Source: Dehalococcoidia bacterium
GTDB lineage: Bacteria > Chloroflexota > Dehalococcoidia > UBA2979
NCBI GenBank assembly: GCA_964291495.2
Contig: OZ219871.1
Span: 576,001-640,000 of the forward strand
Reading direction: 5' to 3'
Length of the DNA: 64,000 nt
Shown: positions 18,378 to 27,967 of the stretch, piece after piece
How the letters are laid out: every line of letters starts with the position of its first letter
Position numbering within the stretch: position 1 is the first letter of the stretch
The notes under the pieces: generated by a model
Told to the model about the DNA's origin: nothing
Databases searched by the model: none
Seen by the model: only the letters and a program-made list of their open reading frames with translations
Position numbers and translations under genes: made by a program

Positions 18378-19352
18378 ATGCCCAACCCACCAAGCCAGGA
18401 GGAGGTCCTCGGCTACTTCGAGACCCTCAGCAACTGGGGGCGCTGGGGCGAGGACGACACGCTCGGCACGCTGAACCTGATCACGCCGGAGAAGCGCAGG
18501 CAGGCGGCCTCGCTGATCCGGGAGGGCGTCAGCGTCTCCTGCTCGCGCGTCATCCCCTGGTCCGGGCCGCGCGCGATGGCCGGCGCGAACCCGGTGACCA
18601 ACATGGTGCAGAGCGGCGAGCTGTACGCCCTCGGCGACGACCGGGAACACCCGAGGTACCCCGGCCGCAAGATGCTGCAGGGAGCGAGCGAGCACGTCTC
18701 GTTCGTCTTTCACGGCTCGATCTTCACGCACATCGACGGCCTCGCCCACGTCTTCTGGCAGGGCCGGATGTACAACGGCCGCTCGTCCGCGCTGGTCAAG
18801 AGCGGCGAGGGCGCCACGGTCCAGACCTCGGACGTCATGCGGGACGGCATCCTCACCCGGGGCGTGCTGCTCGACGTCGCACGCCTCAAGGGCAGGACGA
18901 CGCTCGACCCCGAGGACTACGTCTTCCCCGAGGACCTCGAAGCCGCCGAGCAGGCCCAGGGCGTGCGCGTCGAGGAAGGCGACGCGCTGCTGCTGCGCGT
19001 CGGCTACGGGGCGCAGATCGAGGCCGCGATCGCCTCCGGCGAGCCGCCTCCCGAGGAGTTCTCCGGCTACAACGCCGCCTGCCTGCCGTGGCTGCACGAG
19101 CGCGGGGTCGCGCTGATCGGCTCCGATGTCTTCACCGACCACGCGCCGGTCGGGCAATACGTGGAGACGATGATGCCGATGCACCAGGTCGCGATCCCGA
19201 TGATGGGCCTGCGGCTGATCGACAACGCCCACCTCGAGCGGCTCGGGGAGGCCTGCGCGGAGCGCGATCGCTGGGAGTTCTGCTTCTCCCTCAACCCGCT
19301 GCGCTTCGCGCAGGGCACCGGCTCCCCGGCGAACCCGATCGCGACCTTCTAA
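18378..19352 (+). CDS. Cyclase family metal-dependent hydrolase
   Basis: SNWGRWGEDDTLGTLN, THIDGLAH, TRGVLLD, GDALLLRVG, GTGSPANP. Confidence 0.9.
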   Translation: MPNPPSQEEVLGYFETLSNWGRWGEDDTLGTLNLITPEKRRQAASLIREGVSVSCSRVIPWSGPRAMAGANPVTNMVQSGELYALGDDREHPRYPGRKMLQGASEHVSFVFHGSIFTHIDGLAHVFWQGRMYNGRSSALVKSGEGATVQTSDVMRDGILTRGVLLDVARLKGRTTLDPEDYVFPEDLEAAEQAQGVRVEEGDALLLRVGYGAQIEAAIASGEPPPEEFSGYNAACLPWLHERGVALIGSDVFTDHAPVGQYVETMMPMHQVAIPMMGLRLIDNAHLERLGEACAERDRWEFCFSLNPLRFAQGTGSPANPIATF

Positions 19353-19371
19353 CCCGTCGCCTTCGAGGGCG

Positions 19372-20157
19372 TTAGCCGCCGCCCGTCACGTCGATGGTCA
19401 CGCCGGTGACGAAGTCGGCGTGCGCCGACGCCAGGAAGCAGACGACGTTGGCCTGGTCGATCGGCTCGGCGACGCGGCCGAGGGGGATCGCGGCGATCTG
19501 GCGCTCGCGCGACCCCGGGGGCCGTCGCTCGTAGACGCGGCGGATGCGCTCGGTCATGGTCGTCGCGGGCGCGATCGCGTTGACGTTGATGCCGGCGGGC
19601 CCGACTTCCATCGCGAGCTTCGAGGTGAACGAGATGATGCCGCCCTTGGCTGCGGCGTAGGCCGCGGAGCTCGTCGGGCTCCTCCCGCGGCTTGATCGCG
19701 AGGAGAAGTTCACGATCTTGCCGCCGCCCTGGCTGGTCATGTGGGGAATCACCGCGTGGCAAAAGAGGAAGGTGCCGCTGAGGTTGAAGTCCAGCACCTT
19801 CTGCCACTCCTCGAACGTCAGCTCCTCGGTCGTCGCGCCCGAATTCGGGATCGCCGTGGAACCGCCGACACCGTTGACGAGGATGTCGATCCTGCCGAAG
19901 CGCTCGACGGCGTCGGCGACGACGGCGTCCACCTCCGCCTGGTCGAGGGCGTTGGCGTGATAGGCCCGGTGATCGCCTCCGCCGGCCGCCGCGAAGGCCT
20001 CCATCGCACCGTCGAGCAGCTCGCGGTCGTTGTCGACGGCGGCGATCGTGCCGCCCTCGGCCGCGATGATCTCAGCGGCGGCGCGGCAGATGCCGCTCGC
20101 GGCCCCGGTGATCAGCGCCACCTCGCCCTCGAAGCGGGCGAACGAGGCTTCGGCCAT
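19372..20157 (-). CDS. Short-chain dehydrogenase/reductase
   Basis: ITGAASGI, DILVN, SS, YAAAK, NAIAP, VTGG. Confidence 0.9.
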   Translation of the reverse strand: MAEASFARFEGEVALITGAASGICRAAAEIIAAEGGTIAAVDNDRELLDGAMEAFAAAGGGDHRAYHANALDQAEVDAVVADAVERFGRIDILVNGVGGSTAIPNSGATTEELTFEEWQKVLDFNLSGTFLFCHAVIPHMTSQGGGKIVNFSSRSSRGRSPTSSAAYAAAKGGIISFTSKLAMEVGPAGINVNAIAPATTMTERIRRVYERRPPGSRERQIAAIPLGRVAEPIDQANVVCFLASAHADFVTGVTIDVTGGG

Positions 20158-20170
20158 GGTGATCTCCTCG

Positions 20171-21283
20171 CTAGCCTGCCGCCGGCACACCGGCGCTCTC
20201 GAGGGCCGCGCCGGCGCCGGCCTGCTCGAACGCGCCGACGTGCGGCAGCACTTCCTTCGCGAACAGCTCGAGCATCTTCGTCGTCTTCGCCGGACCGTAG
20301 TACGGCGGGTAGTGGATCATCACCGACGAGGCGCCGGCCTGGGCCAACGCCTCGAGGCGTCGCAGCACCGTGTCCGGCGATCCGTGCAGCACGGTGTCGC
20401 TGACCAGCTTCTCGTAGGCGAACGCGTCCTCGTCGCTCTTCTCGGCGACGTCGCCGAGGTAGCTCCCGGTCCTGCCGCTGAGCAGGAAGCTCTTCGTGTG
20501 GCGCACGATGCCCTCCTCGGACTCCTCACGAGCCTTCGCGTCGGACTCGGCGACGTAGACCATGCGGGCGACGTCGATGTTGCCGAAGGCCGGGTTCTGG
20601 CTGTAGGGCGCCTGCGCCTCGGCCATGTGCTCGCGATAGAACGCGACGTGCTCGCCGATCGTCTCGATCGAGGGCAGCGCGGACTGCATGAGGCCGAAGC
20701 CGTTGCGGGCCGCGAACGCCATCGAGCCCTCCGTGCCCGCCGCCATGTAGATCGGGGGGTGGGGCTGCTGGATCGGCTGCGGGAAGACCTCGCTCTGCTC
20801 GTCCATCCTGATCCGGAAGAACTGGCCGTCCACGTTGACGCGCTTGTCGAAGAAGCCCTGCAGGATCAGCGGCACCGCCTCCTCCTGCATCATCTCGCGT
20901 CGCCCGTCGTAGTCGACGCCCAGGCCCTCGAACTCGTAGGGCCGGTAGCCGGAGCCGAGGCCGAGCTGGAAGCGGCCCTCGCTGAGGATGTCGACGAAGG
21001 CGGCGTTCTCGACGATGCGCAGGGGGTGGTGCAGCGGCACGACCATCACGGCCGCGCCGAGCTTGACGCTGCTGGTCTTCGCGGCGAGGTAGGAGAGGTA
21101 GCTGAACGGGTCGGGCAGGATGCCGTAGGTGTTGGAGAAGTGATGCTCCGCGATCCAGACGGTGTCGTAGCCGTTCTCTTCCGCGGTCAGCACCTCGTTG
21201 GTGACGCGCGCGTGGACCGACTGGTGCGGATACGGCGACGTATCGGGGTCGGGGTGCGACGTGAGCAGCAATCCGATCTTCAC
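20171..21283 (-). CDS. LLM flavin-dependent oxidoreductase
   Basis: WIAEHHF, HPLRIVE, GLGSGYRPYEF, QQPHPPIY, HGSPDTV; GTG start after GAGGAGG. Confidence 0.9.
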   Translation of the reverse strand: MKIGLLLTSHPDPDTSPYPHQSVHARVTNEVLTAEENGYDTVWIAEHHFSNTYGILPDPFSYLSYLAAKTSSVKLGAAVMVVPLHHPLRIVENAAFVDILSEGRFQLGLGSGYRPYEFEGLGVDYDGRREMMQEEAVPLILQGFFDKRVNVDGQFFRIRMDEQSEVFPQPIQQPHPPIYMAAGTEGSMAFAARNGFGLMQSALPSIETIGEHVAFYREHMAEAQAPYSQNPAFGNIDVARMVYVAESDAKAREESEEGIVRHTKSFLLSGRTGSYLGDVAEKSDEDAFAYEKLVSDTVLHGSPDTVLRRLEALAQAGASSVMIHYPPYYGPAKTTKMLELFAKEVLPHVGAFEQAGAGAALESAGVPAAG

Positions 21284-21407
21284 GGCAGCCTCCTCGCGAG
21301 CTCCGCCCGGACACGATAGCCGCACCTCCGCCCGGGCCGCCATCCCGGTATCGCTGCTATAGGCTTGGCGGCGAACTGCCGGGCTGCAACGACGCGAGGA
21401 GGACACC

Positions 21408-22097
21408 GTGACCGCATTCGTGCTCATCCACGGCGCATACCAGGGTGGCTGGATCTGGGCCTCCGTCGCCGCCCGGCTGCACGCCGAGGGCCACGTCGCG
21501 CACGCGCCGTCGCTGGACGGCTGCGGCGAGCGGGCGCCACAGATGCGGCCCGGCATCACCACCGAGTCGCAGGCCGAAGAGATCGCGCAGCTGCTCTTCC
21601 ACGAGGACCTCAGCGACGTCGTCCTCGTCGGTACCTCGTCGGGCGGGATGGTCGTCGCGAGGACGGCCGAGCTGGCACGCGAGCGGGTGGCGCGCCTCGT
21701 CTTCGTCGACGCGCTCGTCCTCAAGCCCGGCGAGACCATCGGCGACATCGTGAACCGGCCGAGGGCGATCGACACCGACGTGGCGACCGGCCGGCCGGCC
21801 GAGGAACGGCTCGCGGACCTGCTGCGCGATCTTCCGCGTGATAGCGCCGAGTGGGCCGCCGAGCGCTTCGGTTTGCACCCCGCCGCGGCATTCAGCCGGC
21901 CAGTCGAGCTCGACTCGTTCTGGGACCAGGACTGGGACGCCTCGGTTGTCTGGTGCCGGCGTGCCCCGAATCCCGGCGAGGCGCACCAGCGCCGCTGCGC
22001 CGAGGCGCTCGGCGCGCGCTGGCACGAGCTCGACACCGGCCACTACCCGATGCTCAGCGAGCCGGAGGCGCTGACACGACTCATCCTCGAGGGCTGA
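21408..22097 (+). CDS. Alpha/beta hydrolase (methylesterase-like), copy 1
   Basis: FVLIHGAYQGGW, LVGTSSGG, LVFVDA, DTGHYPMLS. Confidence 0.88.
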   Translation: MTAFVLIHGAYQGGWIWASVAARLHAEGHVAHAPSLDGCGERAPQMRPGITTESQAEEIAQLLFHEDLSDVVLVGTSSGGMVVARTAELARERVARLVFVDALVLKPGETIGDIVNRPRAIDTDVATGRPAEERLADLLRDLPRDSAEWAAERFGLHPAAAFSRPVELDSFWDQDWDASVVWCRRAPNPGEAHQRRCAEALGARWHELDTGHYPMLSEPEALTRLILEG

Positions 22098-22232
22098 CGG
22101 ACGAGGCGGCGCGAGGAGACTCCGGCAGGCAAATGCCCTGCGCCCTCGCACGTCAGCGATGACGCCAGCCTGTGCAGCGCTCGATCTCGGTCGGAGCGTG
22201 GGCCAGAATCAGGTCCGCGGAAGGGGTTCACC

Positions 22233-23090
22233 ATGCAGCAACTCGAGCTCGTCCCATACCTCCTCTACGAGAAGGAGGACAACGGGATCCTCTGGATCAA
22301 GTTCAATCGCCCGGAGATGCTCAACGCCGCCGTTGGCGGCGCCGAGCGGACCGGCACGCTGGCCAAGGTCGGCGAGTACATGCGCGCCGGCGACGACGAC
22401 CCGCACGTCAAGGTGATCGTGCTCACCGGCGTGGGCCGCGGCTTCTGCGCGGGCGTGAACGTCCGAGGCACGGACCTCGGCGACTTCGAGCCGGGCGACA
22501 ACTTCCTCGGCAACGCACCGTACGAGGCGGGCGGGCTGGACGCGACGCGACAGCGCTTCTACTACGGCATCACCAAGCTGATGAAGGACATCTCGTTCAT
22601 CCGCAAGCCGACGATCGCGATGGTCAACGGCGTGGCCGCCGGATTCGGGATGGACATGGCGCTGCAGTGCGACATCCGCTACGGCAGCGAGCACACGCGC
22701 TTCATCTCCTACCACCAGGTCGGCCAGATCATCGAGAACGGCGGCGCCTACTACCTGACGAGGCTCGCCGGGCTCGGTCGCGCGCTCGAGTTCTCCTTCA
22801 CCGGCAACCTCGACGGCGAGACGGCCGCGGAGTGGGGCGTCCTCAACAGGCTCGTCCCCTCCGAGGATCTCGAGGCCGAGGTGCGAGCGCTGTGCGACCG
22901 CATCATGCGCAACCCGCCGCTGGTCTCCTGGATCAACAAGCGGGTGATCCGCGCCGCCATGGACACCACGCTGGAACACACGGCCGTGCTGACCTCGAAC
23001 GCCTCGCCCATTCCCGGTACGTCGGAGGACGCCGCCGAGGCGCGTTCGGCCCTCGGCGAGCGCCGCGAGCCCGTGTTCAAGGGTCGCTGA
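22233..23090 (+). CDS. Enoyl-CoA hydratase/isomerase family protein, copy A
   Basis: FNRPEMLNA, TGVGRGFCAG, KPTIAMVNGVAAG, PVFKGR. Confidence 0.9.
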   Translation: MQQLELVPYLLYEKEDNGILWIKFNRPEMLNAAVGGAERTGTLAKVGEYMRAGDDDPHVKVIVLTGVGRGFCAGVNVRGTDLGDFEPGDNFLGNAPYEAGGLDATRQRFYYGITKLMKDISFIRKPTIAMVNGVAAGFGMDMALQCDIRYGSEHTRFISYHQVGQIIENGGAYYLTRLAGLGRALEFSFTGNLDGETAAEWGVLNRLVPSEDLEAEVRALCDRIMRNPPLVSWINKRVIRAAMDTTLEHTAVLTSNASPIPGTSEDAAEARSALGERREPVFKGR

Positions 23091-23133
23091 CGCCTCGCGA
23101 CGACCGAGGCGATTCCGCGCGAGGAGGCAACCG

Positions 23134-23826
23134 ATGACCGCATTCGTGCTCATCCACGGCGCATACCAGGGCGGCTGGATCTGGGGCCCCGTCGCGAGGC
23201 GGCTGCGCGCTGAGGGCCACGACGCGTACGCGCCCTCGCTGGACGGCTGCGGCGAGCGGTCGGAGCAGGACCGGCCGGGCATCACCGTCGAGTCACAGGC
23301 GGACGAGGTCGCGGAGCTGCTCTTCTATGAAGACCTCAGCGACGTGGTGCTGGTCGGCACCTCGTCGGGCGGGATGATCGCGGCGAGGGTGGCCGAGCTC
23401 GCGCGCGAACGCATCGCCCGCCTCGTCTTCGTCGACGCGCTCGTGCTCAAGCACGGCGAGACCACCGCGGACGTCCTCGGGCGGCCGCGCAGCGCGCCCA
23501 CCGCAACCGGCCGCCCGACCGAGGAGCACCTGGCGCGCCTGCTCGCGGGCCTCCCGCCCGAGACCGCAGCGTGGGCGGGCGAGCGCTTCCGGGGGCGCCC
23601 CATCGGGACCGCCACGCAGCCGGTCGTGCTTGAATCGTTCTGGGACCAGGACTGGGACGTCTCGGTGATCTGGTGCCGGCGCGCGGAGAACCCCGGCGAG
23701 GCGCACCAGCGCCGCACCGCGGAGGCGTTCGGCGCGCCCTGGCGCGAACTCGACACCGGCCACTACCCGATGCTCAGCGAGCCGGAGGCGCTCACGCGGC
23801 TCATCCTCGAGGAGACCTTCGCGTAA
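23134..23826 (+). CDS. Alpha/beta hydrolase, copy 2 (last residues ETFA and stop supplied by the MITE)
   Basis: Paralog of 21408-22097; ends ILE-ETFA instead of ILEG. Confidence 0.88.
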   Translation: MTAFVLIHGAYQGGWIWGPVARRLRAEGHDAYAPSLDGCGERSEQDRPGITVESQADEVAELLFYEDLSDVVLVGTSSGGMIAARVAELARERIARLVFVDALVLKHGETTADVLGRPRSAPTATGRPTEEHLARLLAGLPPETAAWAGERFRGRPIGTATQPVVLESFWDQDWDVSVIWCRRAENPGEAHQRRTAEAFGAPWRELDTGHYPMLSEPEALTRLILEETFA

Positions 23827-24027
23827 CCCCCTCCTCGGGGCAGCGAGCGCATCCCCTCCGGTCCCCTCTCCCCGAGGGAGAGGGTCAGGGTGAGGGAGGA
23901 TCCGCCCTCTGGAGTTTCGTTGCGCCGTCGGAGCTATCGAAAGGGCGCGGGAGCCCTCCCCCCCACCCCCGCCCTCTCCCCAGGGAGAGGGGGCCGGATC
24001 GGGCTTGTGGGAGTTCGCAAGGTCTCC
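23811..24027. mobile_element. MITE, full-length copy (217 bp)
   Basis: Ends GGAGACCTT...AAGGTCTCC, flanked by CGA on both sides (23808-23810, 24028-24030); related copies at 56090 and 62756. Confidence 0.88.
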
Positions 24028-24063
24028 CGAGGGCTGAGGCCCGAGGCGCCGCCCGCTCCGGCG

Positions 24064-25473
24064 CTAGTCGACGACGACCGGCGAGACCGCGCCGAGCAGC
24101 CAGCGCGCGATCGCAGTCATCGCGGCATCCTGGTGCGGCCGGCCGAAGACCTGCACGCCGACGGGCATCCCGCCCACGCTCATCAGCGGCATGCTCACGG
24201 CCGGAGCGAACAGCATCGAGCTCGGGAAGTTGAAGACCGGGTCGCCCGTCGGGCGCGGGGCGAGCGGCTTGCCGGGCTCGTCGCCGAGCCAGACGTGCGC
24301 CGGTCCCGGACAGGAGAGCGTGATGATCGCGTCGCCGGATCCGGCGAGGGCCGCGTGCGCCTCCTGCGCGACCTGGCGGGCGAGCAGCGCCGCCCGATAG
24401 TCGTCGACCGACATCGCCTCGGCCCCGGCCAGCACCGCCTGCGCCCGCTCGCTGACGCCCTCGGGGTGCTCGTCGACGAGGTTGCGCGTCGCCCAGCGGT
24501 TCTCCCAGCCGGTGATCGCGTTGCACACCTCGCGCGCGTCGCCGACCGCGCCCTCCAGCGACTCGACCAGGGGGTCGTCGCCCCGCCGCAGGAGCTGTAC
24601 GCCGAGCTCGCGCAACTGGCCGAGGACCGCGGCGAAGCCCTCCTTGCTCCCGTCGTCCAGCTCCTCCCATCCCTGGGTCTCGAGGACGATCAGCCGCTCG
24701 GGCCTGCGGGGCTCGGGGGTGGTCGCTGGCCCGTCCAGGCCGGGCCAGCCGCGATCGCCCCCGGCGCGCCGCGCGATCTCGATGGCGACCTGCCACATGT
24801 CCTCGATGCAGTTGGCGTGGACGCCGTGCGTGCTCATGCTCGTCGCCTGCCGCTCGCCGCGATTGATGCCGCCCTGCGTCGGCTTGAGGGCGACGTTCCC
24901 GCAGTAGCCGGCGGGTCTGATGATCGAGCCGCCGACCTGCGAGCCGATCGCGGCCGGGAGCATCCGCGCCGCGACCGCGGCGGCCGAGCCCGACGAGGAG
25001 CCGCCGGGCGAGCGCCGCTCGTCGAACGGGTTGGTCGTCGGCCCGGGGTGGGAGCCGCCGAGCTCGGCCGTGACGGTCTTGCCGAGGATCACCGCGCCCG
25101 CCTGCCGCAGCGCCCAGACGGCCGCGTTGTCCCGCTTCGGGAAGTTCCCGCGGAACGCCTCGCAGCCGTACTCGGTGGGCATGTCCCTCGTCTCGAGCAG
25201 GTCCTTGATGCCCACGGGCATGCCGTCGATGGCGGAGCGCGGCTCGCCCGCGGCCCAGCGCTCCGTGCTCGCGTCCGCGGCGGCGCGGGCAAGGTCCGCA
25301 CGGAGGTGCGCGAAGGCCTGGACCAGCGGCTCGCGCTCCTCGATCGTCGCCAGGCAGCGCTCGAGGTAGTCGCGGGGCGTGTCGTCGCCAGACCGGAACC
25401 GGCGGGCGGCGTCGTGGAACGTCAGGGGCTCATAGGTCTGCGGGTCGTAGCCGGTCGCGGTAGCCTGCGCCAT
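24064..25473 (-). CDS. Amidase signature family protein
   Basis: GMPVGIKD, GKTVTAE, SPGGSSSGSAAAVA, GSQVGGSIIRPA. Confidence 0.92.
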   Translation of the reverse strand: MAQATATGYDPQTYEPLTFHDAARRFRSGDDTPRDYLERCLATIEEREPLVQAFAHLRADLARAAADASTERWAAGEPRSAIDGMPVGIKDLLETRDMPTEYGCEAFRGNFPKRDNAAVWALRQAGAVILGKTVTAELGGSHPGPTTNPFDERRSPGGSSSGSAAAVAARMLPAAIGSQVGGSIIRPAGYCGNVALKPTQGGINRGERQATSMSTHGVHANCIEDMWQVAIEIARRAGGDRGWPGLDGPATTPEPRRPERLIVLETQGWEELDDGSKEGFAAVLGQLRELGVQLLRRGDDPLVESLEGAVGDAREVCNAITGWENRWATRNLVDEHPEGVSERAQAVLAGAEAMSVDDYRAALLARQVAQEAHAALAGSGDAIITLSCPGPAHVWLGDEPGKPLAPRPTGDPVFNFPSSMLFAPAVSMPLMSVGGMPVGVQVFGRPHQDAAMTAIARWLLGAVSPVVVD

Positions 25474-25486
25474 CACTCAGCCTCGC

Positions 25487-26344
25487 TCAGCGGCCCTTGA
25501 AGACCGGGGTGCGGCGCTCGCCGAGAGCCGCACGAGCCTCGGCGGCGTCCTCCGAGGCCTCGGGAATGGGCGAGGCGTTCGAGGCCAGCACCGCCGTGTG
25601 TTCCAGCGTCGTGTCGACGGCCGCCCGGATCACCCGCTTGTTGATCCAGGAGACCAGCGGCGGGTTGCGCATGATGCGGTCGCACAGCGCTCGCACCTCC
25701 TCCTCGAGGTCCTCGGAGGGGACGAGCCTGTTGAGGACGCCCCACTCGGCGGCGGTCTGGCCGTCGAGGTCGCCGGTGAACGAGAACTCGAGCGCGCGGC
25801 CAAGGCCGGCAAGCCTCGTGAGGTAATAGGCGCCGCCGTTCTCGATGATCTGGCCGACCTGGTGGTAGGAGAGGAAGCGCGTGTGCTCGCTGCCGTAGCG
25901 GATGTCGCACTGCAGCGCCATGTCCATCCCGAACCCGGCCGCCACGCCGTTGACCATCGCCACCGTCGGCTTGCGGATGAACGAGATGTCCTTCATCAGC
26001 TTGGTGATGCCGTAGTAGAGGTGCTGCCGCGTCGCGTCCAGCCCGCCCGCCTCGTACGGTGCGTTGCCGAGGAAGTTGTCGCCCGGCTCGAAGTCGCCGA
26101 GGTCCGTGCCCCTGACGTTCAAGCCGGCGCAGAAGCCGCGGCCCACGCCGGTCAGCACGATCACCTTGACGTCCGGGTCGTCGTCGCCGGCGCGCATGTA
26201 CTCGCCGACCTTCGCCAGCGTGCCGGTCCGCTCGGCGCCGCCAACGGCGGCGTTGAGCATCTCGGGGCGATTGAACTTGATCCAGAGGATCCCGTTGTCC
26301 TCCTTCTCGTAGAGGAGGTACGGGACGAGCTCGAGTTGCTGCAT
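25487..26344 (-). CDS. Enoyl-CoA hydratase/isomerase family protein, copy B (inverted near-identical paralog of 22233-23090)
   Basis: 285 aa, about 15 substitutions relative to copy A; same upstream GAAGGGGTTCACC-ATG. Confidence 0.9.
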   Translation of the reverse strand: MQQLELVPYLLYEKEDNGILWIKFNRPEMLNAAVGGAERTGTLAKVGEYMRAGDDDPDVKVIVLTGVGRGFCAGLNVRGTDLGDFEPGDNFLGNAPYEAGGLDATRQHLYYGITKLMKDISFIRKPTVAMVNGVAAGFGMDMALQCDIRYGSEHTRFLSYHQVGQIIENGGAYYLTRLAGLGRALEFSFTGDLDGQTAAEWGVLNRLVPSEDLEEEVRALCDRIMRNPPLVSWINKRVIRAAVDTTLEHTAVLASNASPIPEASEDAAEARAALGERRTPVFKGR

Positions 26345-26453
26345 GGTGAACCCCTTCGGACGTCTCGGACGCTCGGACGCGCCAGAGTGTAGCGCCTCCG
26401 TCGAGCGAGAGGACGCTCGCCACATCGAGCACTGACGAGTGCCGATCCGGGAA

Positions 26454-26660
26454 TCAGGCCTCGGCCTGGTCGTCCTCGATGGAGATCGCGCCGGTGGGGC
26501 AGCCCTCGACGGCGGCCTCGGCCTCCTCACGCAGATCCTCGGGGAGCGGATCGACGAGGACCTCGGGGGAGCCGTCTCCGCTGTCCCTGAAGATCCGGCG
26601 ATGGAAGGTCAAGCAGTTGCCGACGCGGCTGCACTGGTAAAGGTCGATCTTGACGCGCAT
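26454..26660 (-). CDS. Small mono-cluster ferredoxin (probably [3Fe-4S])
   Basis: MRVKIDLYQ-CSRVGNC...AVEG-CPTGAISI; RBS GAGGGAAG. Confidence 0.8.
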   Translation of the reverse strand: MRVKIDLYQCSRVGNCLTFHRRIFRDSGDGSPEVLVDPLPEDLREEAEAAVEGCPTGAISIEDDQAEA

Positions 26661-26758
26661 GACTTCCCTCGCACAGCCACAGGTGCCCGGGCAGCGAGGT
26701 TGATAGCCTCCGTTGCGCGGGATCGACATGATAGTCGGCGTGGGACCGGGAGGTTGCG

Positions 26759-27967
26759 ATGGCGGGACCGCTGAGCGGGATTAAGGTGCTCGACTTCACC
26801 TGGGCGATGGCGGGGCCCTACGGGGTGATGATTCTCTCGGACCTCGGGGCGGAGGTGTGGAAGATCGAGACGCCCTTCCAGACGGAGCGGCGGCGCGGGA
26901 ACGGGCCGTACGTGCACGGGGTCAGCACGTACTTCTTCTCGATCAACCGGGGCAAGAAGAGCATCATGCTCGACCTCAAGGCGCCCGAGGCGACGGAAAT
27001 CGTCCATCGGCTCGTGCCGCGGGCGGACGTGGTCACCGAGAACTTCTCGCCGGGGACGATGGAACGCCTCGGCTTCGGGTATGAGGCGCTGTCGAAGCTG
27101 AATCCGGCGCTGGTCTACGCCTCGACGTCCGGGTTCGGGCAAACGGGGCCGTACCGCGAGCGGGGGGCCGTCGACATCATCGCCCAGGCGATGGGTGGGA
27201 TCATGAGCACGACCGGGCACGAGAGCGATCCGCAGCCTTCGCGCGCGGGCTATTCGATCGGCGACATGGCCGGCGGCATCTTCACCGCGATCGGGGTGCT
27301 GTCGGCGCTGGTCGAGCGCAGCTCGAGCGGCCTCGGGCAGCACGTCGACGTCGCGATGGTCGACAGCCAGGTGGCGCTGATGGAGAACGCGATAGTGCGC
27401 CACTTCGCGACCGGCGAGGTGCAACCGCGGGCGGGGCTGCGGCACCCGCTCAGCACGCCGCACCAGGCGTTCCCGGCGAGCGACGGCTGGTTCGTCGTCT
27501 CGGGGGTACGGGACCACGGCTGGCAGCTCTTCTGCGGGATGATCGAAGCGGACGAGCTCGCCGTGGATCCGCGCTTCTCGGAGAACGCGCTGCGCACCCG
27601 GAACTACGAGGAGTTGGAGCCGTTGATGTTCGCGGCGACGCGGCGGAAGCCGCGGGAGCACTGGCTGGAGACGCTGAAGGACCACTTCCTGGTGGCGCCG
27701 CTGAACAACGTCGCGGACGTCGCCCGGGACCCGCATCTCCAGGCGCGCGACATGTTCCGGGAGCTGCCGACGTGGACCGGCGGCACGCTGACCGTGTCGA
27801 ACACGCCGGTGAAGCACTCGCGGACGCCCGGCGGCGCGGAGCGCGGCGCGTCGAAGCCGGGCGAGCACACCCGCGAGGCGCTGGAGAGCGTCGGGTTCCT
27901 CGAGGCGGAGATCGACGACCTCGTGGCGCGCGGAGTGATCGCCGAGGAGCCGGCGGAGGACGAGTAG
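26759..27967 (+). CDS. Family III CoA-transferase (CaiB/BaiF)
   Basis: PLSGIKVLD, AGPY, DLGAEVWKIE, NRGKKS, ENFSPG, SGFGQTGPY, catalytic GD. Confidence 0.93.
   Translation: MAGPLSGIKVLDFTWAMAGPYGVMILSDLGAEVWKIETPFQTERRRGNGPYVHGVSTYFFSINRGKKSIMLDLKAPEATEIVHRLVPRADVVTENFSPGTMERLGFGYEALSKLNPALVYASTSGFGQTGPYRERGAVDIIAQAMGGIMSTTGHESDPQPSRAGYSIGDMAGGIFTAIGVLSALVERSSSGLGQHVDVAMVDSQVALMENAIVRHFATGEVQPRAGLRHPLSTPHQAFPASDGWFVVSGVRDHGWQLFCGMIEADELAVDPRFSENALRTRNYEELEPLMFAATRRKPREHWLETLKDHFLVAPLNNVADVARDPHLQARDMFRELPTWTGGTLTVSNTPVKHSRTPGGAERGASKPGEHTREALESVGFLEAEIDDLVARGVIAEEPAEDE

Noticed and set aside
23811-24027. GAGACC/GGTCTC ends as BsaI cloning scars
   Set aside because: The inverted repeats extend beyond the hexamer, the copies are diverged or deleted, and they carry target duplications, as natural MITEs do.
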